This document shows, one piece after another, positions 36,202-45,838 of a stretch of DNA of 49,279 bases; position 1 is the stretch's first letter; every line of letters begins with the position of its first letter. Source of the stretch: Desulfurococcales archaeon (GTDB lineage: Archaea > Thermoproteota > Thermoprotei_A > Sulfolobales > NBVN01); contig JALVVU010000066.1 in the NCBI GenBank assembly GCA_027023255.1, positions 1-49,279 of the forward strand, given 5' to 3'. Below the pieces are notes generated by a model. It had not been told where the DNA came from. It made no database searches and saw only the letters and a program-made list of their open reading frames with translations. The translations under genes were made by a program, and so were the position numbers.

Positions 36202-37512
36202 AATCAGTTCCTGAGCCCTCTTACGCGTTATGATGATTACTCCTAAATCCCTTAACCTGGCTATGGACGCGGCTAGTCTTTCCTGTGCTTCCCACTGACC
36301 ATACATAGCGCCCTTTCCCAGCAACTTGAAGAGTTCTTTCCTTAACCATTCACTAATTTTCCCGGGTTTTTCAAAGGAGTAAGGCGTTCCTGGGAGAGGA
36401 AGGAACACGTGTGCGTGCACCCTAGCGCCCAGCCTAGTTAATTCCTTCATGTGCTCTAGGGTCTCCCTTACATCTTCCTCGGTTTCCTTGGGGAGACCGA
36501 AGATGTAGTCCACGTCAACGTCGAAGCCCGCACTCCTTAAGTGAATTACCGCGTTAGTAACGTCCTCAACCGTGTGTCCCCGATGTAATTCCTTAAGCAT
36601 TCTGTTTGACCCTGATTGAGCCCCAACTATCACCCTCCTATTGTCGACGCTCTCCTTGAGGAGTAGAGCCGCCTCTCTATCCACGAATTCCGGCCTTACC
36701 TCTGAGGGAAATACGCCGAAGAATATCCTAGCCCCCTTCGTCCTAAGTTTCTGGAGTTTCCCCAGGAGCTCAGCCACCTTACTTAAGTCGCGTTTCCCAT
36801 TCTGCGCCCCGTAGCCTAAGGCGTTAGGCGTTATGAACCTCAAGTCTCGGATGCCGTTACTCACCATTAATTCAGCGTGGTGTATTATGTTATCTATGCT
36901 CCTGTGCCTGTATCTCGCGCCGAAGGCGTAGCTAACTTGACAGTACTTGCAGGCGTGAGGGCACCCGCGAGTCACTTCTATGGGGTTAAACAACCTGTGC
37001 TTTAAGGCGAACGCGGGGAACCTATCTAAGTCACATACCCTGCCCTTGCCAGTTATTATGAACTCCTCCTCATCGATATAGGCGAGTCCTGGCCTCACGG
37101 ACTTAGGGTCGCCTCCTTCGACAATTTCTCTTAGGAATTGAGTGAAGGATTCCTCCGAATCCCCCATGAAGACGTACTCAAAACCAAGTGAAAGTAGTGT
37201 CCCGTAAGGATCCCCGGTGGCGTGAGGACCTCCGGCAACAGGTATTGCGCCAATTCTCCGAGCCGTAGTTACTGCCTTAATGATATCGTTAATTGTCTCA
37301 GGTAGTTCAGTCGTGATTAGTGTTTGACCATATATTACCCGCTTCTTACCGTATTCCTTAACGAGGCTCACCAGCAGGTTAGGGATAGCCTTCAGAGGGG
37401 TCACGAAAATATCTACTGAGTCCCCTAACTCTTGCTCAATAGCCCCCACTAACACATTTACGCTATACTTCACCCTTCGCCCGTAACCAAACACCAACGC
37501 TACTGAGCCCAT
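36139..37512 (-). CDS. B12-binding domain/radical SAM protein (TIGR04013-like)
   Basis: AGGPHATGDP, IEVTRGCPHACKYC, RFITPNALGYG, FPSEVRPE, GAQSGS, FLPLPGTP. Confidence 0.88.
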   Translation of the reverse strand: MGSVALVFGYGRRVKYSVNVLVGAIEQELGDSVDIFVTPLKAIPNLLVSLVKEYGKKRVIYGQTLITTELPETINDIIKAVTTARRIGAIPVAGGPHATGDPYGTLLSLGFEYVFMGDSEESFTQFLREIVEGGDPKSVRPGLAYIDEEEFIITGKGRVCDLDRFPAFALKHRLFNPIEVTRGCPHACKYCQVSYAFGARYRHRSIDNIIHHAELMVSNGIRDLRFITPNALGYGAQNGKRDLSKVAELLGKLQKLRTKGARIFFGVFPSEVRPEFVDREAALLLKESVDNRRVIVGAQSGSNRMLKELHRGHTVEDVTNAVIHLRSAGFDVDVDYIFGLPKETEEDVRETLEHMKELTRLGARVHAHVFLPLPGTPYSFEKPGKISEWLRKELFKLLGKGAMYGQWEAQERLAASIARLRDLGVIIITRKRAQELISRFGGVNASLASKILQYAKW

Positions 37513-37528
37513 TAACCATTCACCGCAT

Positions 37529-37593
37529 GCGTCGCTAAAGCCCGCCAGACATCATCGCGTGGGCTCAGCTACGACCGCACCGCTCATCCACGC
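37529..37593 (-). ncRNA. Candidate C/D box sRNA (degenerate boxes)
   Basis: Minus strand: TGGATGA, 15-nt guide, CTGA, ATGATG, 14-nt guide, GCGA, with GCG/CGC ends; TTTATCA box ~20 nt upstream. Confidence 0.5.
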
Positions 37594-37707
37594 TATTTGC
37601 CTGGTCGAGGGTGATAAATTTAATCCACCACTCCCAAGCTTCATATGGCCTTATGATTTGGTGATGTTTAAAAGTATTAAGCGCTGAAGGCATTGATATA
37701 GAAGAGG

Positions 37708-38742
37708 TTGGATTCCTTGCCTATGATTAGGGCCCTCACCTTCAACGTCAAAGACACAGGTGATGTTGAAGGAGCCCTTTCCGTAGCGATGAGTATCAAG
37801 GATAGCGTTGAGAATAGGGGTATTAGGGTATGGGACGTTAGGTTAACGTTGAGTAGCGGTGTGAACAACAAGATCCTTGATAGATTATGTGGCGAGAACA
37901 TAATTTTCTCAGCTTACCAGTCTAGGATGTACCGTGTTGAGATTGAGGAATTGAAGAATGCGCTCAGGTGCAGTAACTCTTACGCCTCAATAATAGTTAC
38001 GAGAAGGAAGGATATTCGAAAGGCCGTGAACATACTTAGGGAAGTCGCCCACGACTTAGGGGTCGAGGCGACCACTAGGCTTGCCTTCTCTATCGGTGCA
38101 CCTATCGAAACACCATACTACCCATTATCTGTTCCTTTAAGGAGCGGGGTTACCGTTGCTTTAAGGTACGTGGATTTACTAGCCTCAAGCCCCATGAGTA
38201 AGTGGGTTGATGTGGTGGCGGAGTTCTTGAGGAAGGTGGAGAGTGCCGTGAGGGACGCTGCCGAGGAGCGCGGTGTGAGCTACTTAGGTATCGATGCTTC
38301 ACTCTCGCCATGGATGGAGGAGTCCGTGGTACCTATAATAGAGCGCGTTCTGAAGCTCCCGTTCCCCTCCGCTGGGAGTGCATGGGCAATACGACATATC
38401 AATAATGAAGTAATCGCGGCAGCAGTAAAAAAGGCTGGGGTGAGGAGCATTGGTTTCAACGAGCTCATGCTTCCTGTAGGTGAGGATAGCAAGTTACTCG
38501 AACTTGCCGATAAAGGGAAAATATGTTTGCGTGACCTCACTTACTTAGCTGCTTACTGTGTTGCTGGCATTGACATGATTGCCGTTCCCGATGACCCAAC
38601 CTTACTGGCTTCGGTGATGCTTGACGCGTTAGCCGCCCATAAGGTTAAGGGTAGGGTGGTGGGTGTGCGTGTCTTGCCTGACGTGGATGGAACCGGCTTC
38701 ATTGAAACAAGAATGTTTGGGAGGATTCCTGTGATAAGGTGA
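37708..38742 (+). CDS. DUF711 (UPF0210) family protein
   Basis: TPYYP, GIDASLSPWMEESV, GFNELMLPVGED, CVAGIDMIAVP. Confidence 0.85.
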   Translation: MDSLPMIRALTFNVKDTGDVEGALSVAMSIKDSVENRGIRVWDVRLTLSSGVNNKILDRLCGENIIFSAYQSRMYRVEIEELKNALRCSNSYASIIVTRRKDIRKAVNILREVAHDLGVEATTRLAFSIGAPIETPYYPLSVPLRSGVTVALRYVDLLASSPMSKWVDVVAEFLRKVESAVRDAAEERGVSYLGIDASLSPWMEESVVPIIERVLKLPFPSAGSAWAIRHINNEVIAAAVKKAGVRSIGFNELMLPVGEDSKLLELADKGKICLRDLTYLAAYCVAGIDMIAVPDDPTLLASVMLDALAAHKVKGRVVGVRVLPDVDGTGFIETRMFGRIPVIR

Positions 38743-38774
38743 TGCCCTCTGGATTGATGCGGGCGTAACGCAGG

Positions 38775-38795
38775 AAAAAGGTTCCAAGGGAACCT
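38775..38795 (-). terminator. Hairpin plus T-run between convergent genes
   Basis: AGGTTCC-AAG-GGAACCT perfect 7-bp stem (38779-38795) followed by a T-run on the minus strand, right after the stop at 38798. Confidence 0.5.
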
Positions 38796-38797
38796 AA

Positions 38798-39523
38798 CTA
38801 ACTAGTGCTTGACCCGCTTCCCTCGCCGCCAGTCTGTACGGTACCTTCACTTGCTGATGGCGCATACCCGTACGCGTAGTACTGCTGTTCCTCGGGCTCC
38901 TTAGCTGTTAGGAATCCTATGCCGGCAAGTATGTTCGCTATGAACAGCAGTATCCCAGCAGTTATAACACCTGCCAGCAAGCCACCGACGAACATCCCTC
39001 CAGCCCCGCTTGCGGCATGCGACGTTGCTTGAGTAATGACGAGAACCACGAATAGTATCGCCACCACTATCCCAACGATGTAGAGGATGGCGGATGCTCT
39101 TATGAGGCCGGACCTGTAGAAGGATCCTGCCTGGTAGAGTGACGCTAGCATAAGTATGAAGTAGACCACGTAGAGTAGTGAGGCTACAGCTATGACGGCT
39201 ATCCCAGCTAGCCCTACTGGCATCTTCTTAAGTAATTCCTCAGTGAAGTTTCCAGGAAAGGTTTGCGGGGGCTGACCCTGTCCTGCGGTGATTTCATGTT
39301 GTAGGGAACTTATTAAGGGGAACAGCGCGCCTATTAACGCCACCATGCCTACGATGATTAGTATTATTGATATTAGACCAAGTATGCCGGTAGCTGTCCA
39401 GAGCCCTCTTTTCCTTCGGCGGCCTTCAATGATCCATGCTATGGGGAGCAGGATTACACCTATGATGTTGATGTAGGGTATTGCTAAGAGTATATAGGAT
39501 ATCCCCAGTAACGTCTTACTCAC
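38798..39523 (-). CDS. Polytopic membrane protein (DUF973/DUF996-like)
   Basis: About 5-6 TM helices; LYQAGSFY.SGLIR...ILYIVG pattern; polar low-complexity C-tail. Confidence 0.7.
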   Translation of the reverse strand: MSKTLLGISYILLAIPYINIIGVILLPIAWIIEGRRRKRGLWTATGILGLISIILIIVGMVALIGALFPLISSLQHEITAGQGQPPQTFPGNFTEELLKKMPVGLAGIAVIAVASLLYVVYFILMLASLYQAGSFYRSGLIRASAILYIVGIVVAILFVVLVITQATSHAASGAGGMFVGGLLAGVITAGILLFIANILAGIGFLTAKEPEEQQYYAYGYAPSASEGTVQTGGEGSGSSTS

Positions 39524-39707
39524 TACCCATCACCTCTTCTCTTTTTGGTCTCCTTGATACTTGTTTACATTCAAGTACTTTATATCTGTTCTCAATAAAT
39601 GAACTGCTGTTAGCTTGGTAATACCTGAAGTCAACCTCGAGCGATTACCTTGGACCTAACCTTAATTTACGCTGAGTCAGATATGGCTGAAGCGGGGCCA
39701 CAGGTAA

Positions 39708-41834
39708 TTGAGTGATGAAGAAATGTTCGTCGACGTAGAGTCCCTGACGCAGGAGGGGCTCCCTGAGAGCGTTGTAAACCTACTGAAGGAAAGGGGAATA
39801 CGTAAGCTCACACCTCCTCAGTCAAGCGCGATTAAGGCAGGACTACTTAAGGGAAGGAACATACTAGTTACGGCACCCACAGCAAGCGGGAAGACGTTAA
39901 TAGGTGAGCTTGCCTTGCTGAGAGCCTTCTTAGATGGGCACATAGGTATTTACGTCACACCCCTGAAGACCTTAGCTAGTGAGAAGTACGAGGAATTCAA
40001 GTTCTGGGGGAGATTAGGGCTTAAGGTTGGCATAACTACAGGCGACTATGACGAGCCGGGTGAGTGGTTGGGTAAGTATGACGCGATTGTTGCCACGTAC
40101 GAGAGGCTGGACTCAATACTTCGGCTGAAGCCCTCCTGGCTAGCGCGTGTCGGTGTCGTGGTAGTTGATGAGATGCACATGATAGGTGACAGGGATCGAG
40201 GACCCATAGTGGAGTTAATCGTCGTTAAGGCTTCCCGCATAGGTGCGCAAGTAGTTGGGTTGTCCGCAACCATAGGTAACCCTGAAGAGATAGCTGAATG
40301 GCTTGATGCTGAGCTAGTGATTAGTGACTGGAGGCCCGTGAAGCTCATTGAGGGCTTCTACAACAAGCGTCGCCGCGAGATAATCTTCGAGGACGGACGT
40401 GTGGAGAAAGTCAAGGATGGGAACCTAATCAAGCATACCGCCCTTCAAGCCCTGAAGGAATCCTATCAAGCAATAATATTCCTGCAGGCCAGAAACAGGG
40501 CTGAATCAGCTGCGCGCATCCTGAGTAAGTTGCTTCCTAACGAGCCGGGTGCCTCCCAACTCATCAGTGAGCTCAAGGAAGGCTCGCCGAGAACGGAGGT
40601 TGAGTCACTCGCGCCCCTCATAATGCACGGTGTCGCGTATCATCATGCAGGGCTCTCGATGAATGCTAGGAGAGTGATTGAGAAAGGCTTTAGGGAAGGT
40701 TTAATCAAGGTTGTAACAGCCACACCAACGCTCGCCGCAGGTATTAACATGCCTGCCCGCAGAGTAGTCATCTACACTAGAAGGTACTCTGAGGGTTACA
40801 TGCGCCCCATCTCCATCTCGGAGTACAAGCAGATGGCTGGCCGGGCCGGTAGACCTCAGTACGATCCCTACGGGGAAGCCGTACTGGCTGACGTGAAAAA
40901 CGAGAGTGAAGGGTGGAGATACATTAACGGCACACCCGAAGTAGTTCATTCCTCACTGATTAATGAAAGAGCTATGCGTATACACGTGCTAGCACTAATT
41001 GCTTCGGGGGATGCCGGAAGCCTCAGGTCACTTCATGACATCATGAGCAGAACCCTAGCGTACAGGCAACTAGGTGAGGAGGCCGGTGAAAGCTCCGTTG
41101 AGTACATCCTAGATCGACTCATAGAGATGGGGATGGTCAGCGTAAATGGGACCGAGCTGCGGGCCACTAGGTTAGGGGGTTACGTGAGTAGGCTCTACAT
41201 AGACCCAATCACCGCAATAATTATTATTGACGGTCTCAAGCAGACGTTGCCAGTAGTCCACCCAATGTATTATCTTGCTTTGATAGCCATGACACCTGAC
41301 TTTAGCAGGGTTAGGGTAGTTGGTTACAGGACGCTTGAGGAGGAAGCGAACGCTGCAGTAGAGTACGGCCATATACCTGAACCAGTTACTGGTGTTGACT
41401 ACTTTGAGTGGCTTAGGGCATACAAGGTTGCCAGGATCCTGAATGCATGGATTGAGGAGGAGCCCGAGGAGCGCATTATTGAGGCCTACAACATAGGTTC
41501 AGGTGACTTGAGAACACTTGTTGAGACAGCCGAGTGGTTAACTTACGCTGCCTCAAGGGTGTGTGAGGCAGTCAACCTCACGTATCATGCTAAGGCCTTA
41601 CGGACCCTCTCACTAAGGGTTAGGTACGGCGTCAAGGAAGACCTCCTAGACCTGACTAAAGTGAAGGGCATCGGTAGGGTGAGGGCTAGGGCACTCTACA
41701 ACGCAGGCATCAGAAGTATCGAGGAGCTAGCTGCCGTAGATCCCGCAAAACTAGAGGGCTTACCGGGCTTCGGGCCTAAGGTAGCGAGGGATGTGGTTGC
41801 TGAAGCCCGGAAGCTCATCAAGCAGAAGCCGTAG
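39708..41834 (+). CDS. hel308: Ski2-like DNA helicase Hel308/Hjm
   Basis: PTASGKT, VVDEMH, LSAT, DWRPV, YHHAGL, TPTLAAGINMPA, QMAGRAGRP, C-terminal HhH (GIGRVRARALY). Confidence 0.93.
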   Translation: MSDEEMFVDVESLTQEGLPESVVNLLKERGIRKLTPPQSSAIKAGLLKGRNILVTAPTASGKTLIGELALLRAFLDGHIGIYVTPLKTLASEKYEEFKFWGRLGLKVGITTGDYDEPGEWLGKYDAIVATYERLDSILRLKPSWLARVGVVVVDEMHMIGDRDRGPIVELIVVKASRIGAQVVGLSATIGNPEEIAEWLDAELVISDWRPVKLIEGFYNKRRREIIFEDGRVEKVKDGNLIKHTALQALKESYQAIIFLQARNRAESAARILSKLLPNEPGASQLISELKEGSPRTEVESLAPLIMHGVAYHHAGLSMNARRVIEKGFREGLIKVVTATPTLAAGINMPARRVVIYTRRYSEGYMRPISISEYKQMAGRAGRPQYDPYGEAVLADVKNESEGWRYINGTPEVVHSSLINERAMRIHVLALIASGDAGSLRSLHDIMSRTLAYRQLGEEAGESSVEYILDRLIEMGMVSVNGTELRATRLGGYVSRLYIDPITAIIIIDGLKQTLPVVHPMYYLALIAMTPDFSRVRVVGYRTLEEEANAAVEYGHIPEPVTGVDYFEWLRAYKVARILNAWIEEEPEERIIEAYNIGSGDLRTLVETAEWLTYAASRVCEAVNLTYHAKALRTLSLRVRYGVKEDLLDLTKVKGIGRVRARALYNAGIRSIEELAAVDPAKLEGLPGFGPKVARDVVAEARKLIKQKP

Positions 41835-41864
41835 ATTCCAAAGAAACTTATGGGCAACTAGCCT

Positions 41865-43526
41865 CTACTTGCGCTCAATGATCTCACGAAGGATCTTAGT
41901 TAGGTTAAATTCACCGGCAACCACAGGCTTCGTTAACCTTAGCTCCACCAGGACCTCTGGGTGTACCTCCCCTACTCGTCCGACCTCTACATCGTTGAGG
42001 AAAACCTTTGCTGCGCGCCCACGGATGTATGGTTTACCTTCGTATGGTTCGAACCTGTACTCTAGCCCTAGTGTTAGGGCTACGGACTTAGCCGTTACCA
42101 GTCCATCGGTGAGCGTGTACTTATCGCCCATGAGCAGGAACGCCATACCACGTACGCTTTCGGCATCATGTTGCTTAGGGATGACGTAGTCCCCTACCTC
42201 GAAGACCTCAACCTCACCCATCTTCTCCGAGTTTACCTTACCGGCAATCAGTATTGAGGCAAGCATGCAGTTTCTGAGAGCAGAGTAGGTCTTCATTTTC
42301 GGGTTAGCGACGGTGACGAAGGGTTCATCGGTGACTAATTTCAAGATATCAGGATCTATTAACATGAAGTTCACAACCTCATCGAATCCTAGCCCAACCA
42401 TTATATCTCTAATAATCCTTGTTAGGTGCTCTATGCTCGACCTACCGCTAAAGTGCGTTGGAGGTAGTGTTTCCGTGGGGAGCTCATTATATCCATACGA
42501 GATGGCGAGATCCTCGATTATGTCTACAACACCATGTACATCAACCCTGTATGGCGGCACCCAGACCCTGACGCCGTCTGAGGTAATGGAGGTAACAGCG
42601 TATCCCATGCGCTTCAGCAGTACTGGTATGTCCTCAGCGCTCACCCGTAGACCGAGAAGGGACTCTGCATCCTCAACGTGAACGCTGAATAACTTCCCTT
42701 CTAGATGAGGGGTTGTTGGGTAGGGGTTGTCTGGGGCTCCGCCGACCACCTTCGCCCTCATTATAAGGGCTTTGCCGTAGCCTCTTTCAAGGACTGCGTA
42801 GGTCATGACGTTCAGTACACGCATCATTAGGTGGGGTTCCGTACCGGTCACGTCTATGATTATGTTCTTTGTTTCTGGGGTGACCTTATTCCACTCCGCA
42901 TTTAGGATTGGAGGGAATGATAGCACCTGTCCCTCGGAGTCCGTGAGGAGAGGGTATTCTCCCTCTTTAACTAGGTGGGCGTACTTCACGCCTTTCTCGG
43001 TTTTCTCAAGGATTTCCTTGAGGCTCATCTCCTCAGAGTAGCCTAGCGGGACGTAACGGCCATCGCTAACTGACGTGTAGATTATTGGGGGCTTCACCTT
43101 GTCCAGATCGTAGAGACCTATGGATACTAACGCCCTGTCACGGCAGTACGTGGCGTGTAGTTTCTCTTGAAGCTGGAATAGCTGCCTTATGGCTTCATCG
43201 TCTAGTTCAACACCCTTAACTATGGATATGTATGCGTAAGGCCTGTACCTTGGGGGATTAACTATCCTAAGCTCAGTCATATCGCCACTCACAGGGGGTG
43301 CACTAGGAGGTTCCTCCACCCCTAGTAAGTACCGTAGCGCTCTCCCAAGACCTTCAGCTGAAAACAAGTCTGGCCTGTCATGGCTTGCCTCAAAGACTAT
43401 GCTGTCACCGCTAACCTCCTCCACCTCACCTTTCATTAGCTCCAGTGCTTTCAGTAGTTCCTCACTACTAATGTTCTTCCTAGCAAGTCTTTGAAGATCC
43501 GTGAATGAGACCTCAACTATCGGCAT
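41865..43526 (-). CDS. pheT: Phenylalanine-tRNA ligase beta subunit (archaeal type)
   Basis: MPIV, DRPDLFSAEG, QLQEKLH, SFPPILN, PPYRVD...DIIEDLAI.YGY, GEVHP. Confidence 0.96.
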   Translation of the reverse strand: MPIVEVSFTDLQRLARKNISSEELLKALELMKGEVEEVSGDSIVFEASHDRPDLFSAEGLGRALRYLLGVEEPPSAPPVSGDMTELRIVNPPRYRPYAYISIVKGVELDDEAIRQLFQLQEKLHATYCRDRALVSIGLYDLDKVKPPIIYTSVSDGRYVPLGYSEEMSLKEILEKTEKGVKYAHLVKEGEYPLLTDSEGQVLSFPPILNAEWNKVTPETKNIIIDVTGTEPHLMMRVLNVMTYAVLERGYGKALIMRAKVVGGAPDNPYPTTPHLEGKLFSVHVEDAESLLGLRVSAEDIPVLLKRMGYAVTSITSDGVRVWVPPYRVDVHGVVDIIEDLAISYGYNELPTETLPPTHFSGRSSIEHLTRIIRDIMVGLGFDEVVNFMLIDPDILKLVTDEPFVTVANPKMKTYSALRNCMLASILIAGKVNSEKMGEVEVFEVGDYVIPKQHDAESVRGMAFLLMGDKYTLTDGLVTAKSVALTLGLEYRFEPYEGKPYIRGRAAKVFLNDVEVGRVGEVHPEVLVELRLTKPVVAGEFNLTKILREIIERK

Positions 43527-45031
43527 TAACGCATCACCTCCTTCGGAAGCGGTGTTGACCTAATTATGCCGACATCGTTTGTGTAGAGGTTACGGATGTC
43601 GTTCATGTTTAGAACCATCATCGCTATCCTGTCAATACCTATACCCCACGCCGCAACGTTATGGCCCTTCAGCCCGACAGCGTAGAGTACCTCTGGCCTA
43701 AACATGCCTCCGGGGAACACCTCTATCCACCCTAGCTTAGGGTGTTTTATGTAACCCTCAACGCTGGGTTCCGTGAACGGGAAGTAGGCGGGCCTAAACC
43801 TTACTTCCCCTAACCCTAACCTCTTAGCGAATTCCTTGAAGAACCCCAGTAAGTGCTTGAACGTCACGTGCTTCCCAACAATTATGCCTTCGAGCTGATG
43901 GAACTCCATTAAGTGGGTTGGGTCAGGCGTGTCTGGTCTGAAGACCCGGTCTAGCGAGTATACCCTGTACTCTCCCTCCTTCCTAGAGTATATGGTTCTC
44001 ATGGACACAGGAGTTGTGTGGGTTCTCAGAACGAGCTTCAGGGCTTCCCTAGGATCCCACCTGTACTTCCACACCCTCTCATGAACCTCCCGCGTCCTCT
44101 CCAGCACGTCAGAGGGTGCAACACCTACGGTCTCCCCAGCGACGAAGTAAACATCGCTCTCCCTCCTAGCCGGGTGGTATTGCGGGACGAAGAGGACGTC
44201 GAAGTTCCAGAGGGCTGTCTCCACGTGAGGCCCCTTAGCTTCGACGAACCCCATTGACTCGACAACCTCTCTGACGTGGTTGAGGAACTCGACGTACGGG
44301 TGCTTCCTGCTGGGGTACTTCACAGGGACCTCGATGCTGAGGTCGAACTCCTTAAGTATCGCCCCTCTCCACTTACCGCTTACGATGACCTCTGACGTGA
44401 TCCTAGTTATTAGGGGGGCTTCGGATACCCTTCCCGCCTCCAGTAATTCCCTAAGGGTTTCCGTAGCCTCAACCTCTACGACCCTACTCTCAGTAACCTC
44501 AACCATACCACGTCGCTTGAGCTCCGCCACCCATTCAGGTAACTCACGCACATGAATGCACTCTGAGATATTCCCCAGTAGCTCTCTCGTTCTCCTTATG
44601 TCGCTTAGTAACTTCTCGACACCGTCGCCAGAGTAAATCACCTTACCAGAAACAACCTTAACCGCACCGTACTTCCTAAGCCTGCCGAAAGCCGCCGCGA
44701 ATTCATTCCTGCTTAGACCGCAGGCCTTAGCTAACTCCTTAACTGACGGGAACTCTCTTCGCACCCCAACGATTTTGAGCAGTCTCTCCTCCGGTAACCC
44801 TTCCTTTAAATACCTTCTGCCGTCGGGTGAAAGGCACACATGCCAGGTCTTAACCCGGAGAACCTTAACTAGGTTTTTAGACTCAAGCTCAGCTAGGTCT
44901 CTCATTATGTCACTTTGCTTCCTGCCGACAGCTTCCGCAAGTCGTGAGGCTTCGGCTCTTCCTCCCATGCCCGCTAACGCTTTAACCAATCGGTATTGTC
45001 GCTCGGGGAGGAGCACCCTTTCCTCTTCCAT
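43526..45031 (-). CDS. pheS: Phenylalanine-tRNA ligase alpha subunit (archaeal type)
   Basis: WNFD.LF.PQ.HPAR, LRTHTT, VFR....D.THL.EFHQ, YFPFTEPS, GMFRPE, WGIGIDR; start is ATG 45031 or GTG 45040. Confidence 0.96.
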   Translation of the reverse strand: MEEERVLLPERQYRLVKALAGMGGRAEASRLAEAVGRKQSDIMRDLAELESKNLVKVLRVKTWHVCLSPDGRRYLKEGLPEERLLKIVGVRREFPSVKELAKACGLSRNEFAAAFGRLRKYGAVKVVSGKVIYSGDGVEKLLSDIRRTRELLGNISECIHVRELPEWVAELKRRGMVEVTESRVVEVEATETLRELLEAGRVSEAPLITRITSEVIVSGKWRGAILKEFDLSIEVPVKYPSRKHPYVEFLNHVREVVESMGFVEAKGPHVETALWNFDVLFVPQYHPARRESDVYFVAGETVGVAPSDVLERTREVHERVWKYRWDPREALKLVLRTHTTPVSMRTIYSRKEGEYRVYSLDRVFRPDTPDPTHLMEFHQLEGIIVGKHVTFKHLLGFFKEFAKRLGLGEVRFRPAYFPFTEPSVEGYIKHPKLGWIEVFPGGMFRPEVLYAVGLKGHNVAAWGIGIDRIAMMVLNMNDIRNLYTNDVGIIRSTPLPKEVMR

Positions 45032-45127
45032 GAGTCCCACTACCTCGCCACCCTACGTGTCATGAAGAAAAATAAAACGGTTAGCTCTCCATAAATACCT
45101 TTAAAAGCTGTAGGAATCCTCTCAACG

Positions 45128-45796
45128 GTGACAACGACGTTCATATGGGCTGAGCCAAGTAGTGCTATTGACCGACGTGAGTTAGTATTCTTTTGGTTGC
45201 CGGCCGCAATAGCTGAGTTCAGTGGATGCAGGGGGCGGAGGGATAAGTACCTTATTGACTGTTACGTCGCCCCCAAACTTAACTCCAGCATCGCTAGGTT
45301 CCTCCTTATTAGGAGGTTACCTAGGAACATTCAGGTCGTGGGGGAACCCTCGTTCAGCGCGAGAATAGTTAAACGTGTCGAGCAAGGCATGTCGGGGCTG
45401 CTTTCTGACGCGTCAAGGATGTGGAGCGCCCTCTCAAACCCGTCAACAGCTCTCAAGTTACTGGAGGAGGACATCCCTGAGGAGTACGTGGAGCCCCGTC
45501 AGCAGAGGAATATTCTTCGATTTCCGTTCGTGGATCCGAACGTTAGAGTGCGGGAGCGCATTCTTCACGTGAACCTAGGAATACTTAGGGACATACTGAA
45601 GGGGCTATGCCTAGATAAGCCAATACCGCCAACGACATGGCAACCGGTGCACGTCCTCGTAGGTTTAAACGTAAAGGACAGTCAAGCGTACTTATTTGTG
45701 GGTAAGTCGAGGATCACTTCTAAGGCACTAAGCGTTTTCATATTCAAGACAAACCTACGTGACGAGCTCCTAGGCTCGGCAAACATTCTGAAGTAA
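45128..45796 (+). CDS. Hypothetical protein
   Basis: 222-aa ORF filling the gap divergent from pheS; TTTAAAAG box at 45100-45107 placed for a leaderless start. Confidence 0.65.
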   Translation: MTTTFIWAEPSSAIDRRELVFFWLPAAIAEFSGCRGRRDKYLIDCYVAPKLNSSIARFLLIRRLPRNIQVVGEPSFSARIVKRVEQGMSGLLSDASRMWSALSNPSTALKLLEEDIPEEYVEPRQQRNILRFPFVDPNVRVRERILHVNLGILRDILKGLCLDKPIPPTTWQPVHVLVGLNVKDSQAYLFVGKSRITSKALSVFIFKTNLRDELLGSANILK

Positions 45797-45838
45797 CGCG
45801 GAGTTAGCAATACTTTAAATTCCGTAGAGACACTTAGG

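Noticed and set aside
37661..37700. GTGATGT...CTGA resembling a C/D sRNA on the plus strand
   Set aside because: The intervening sequence is the AT-rich TATA region of the DUF711 gene; no complete second box pair
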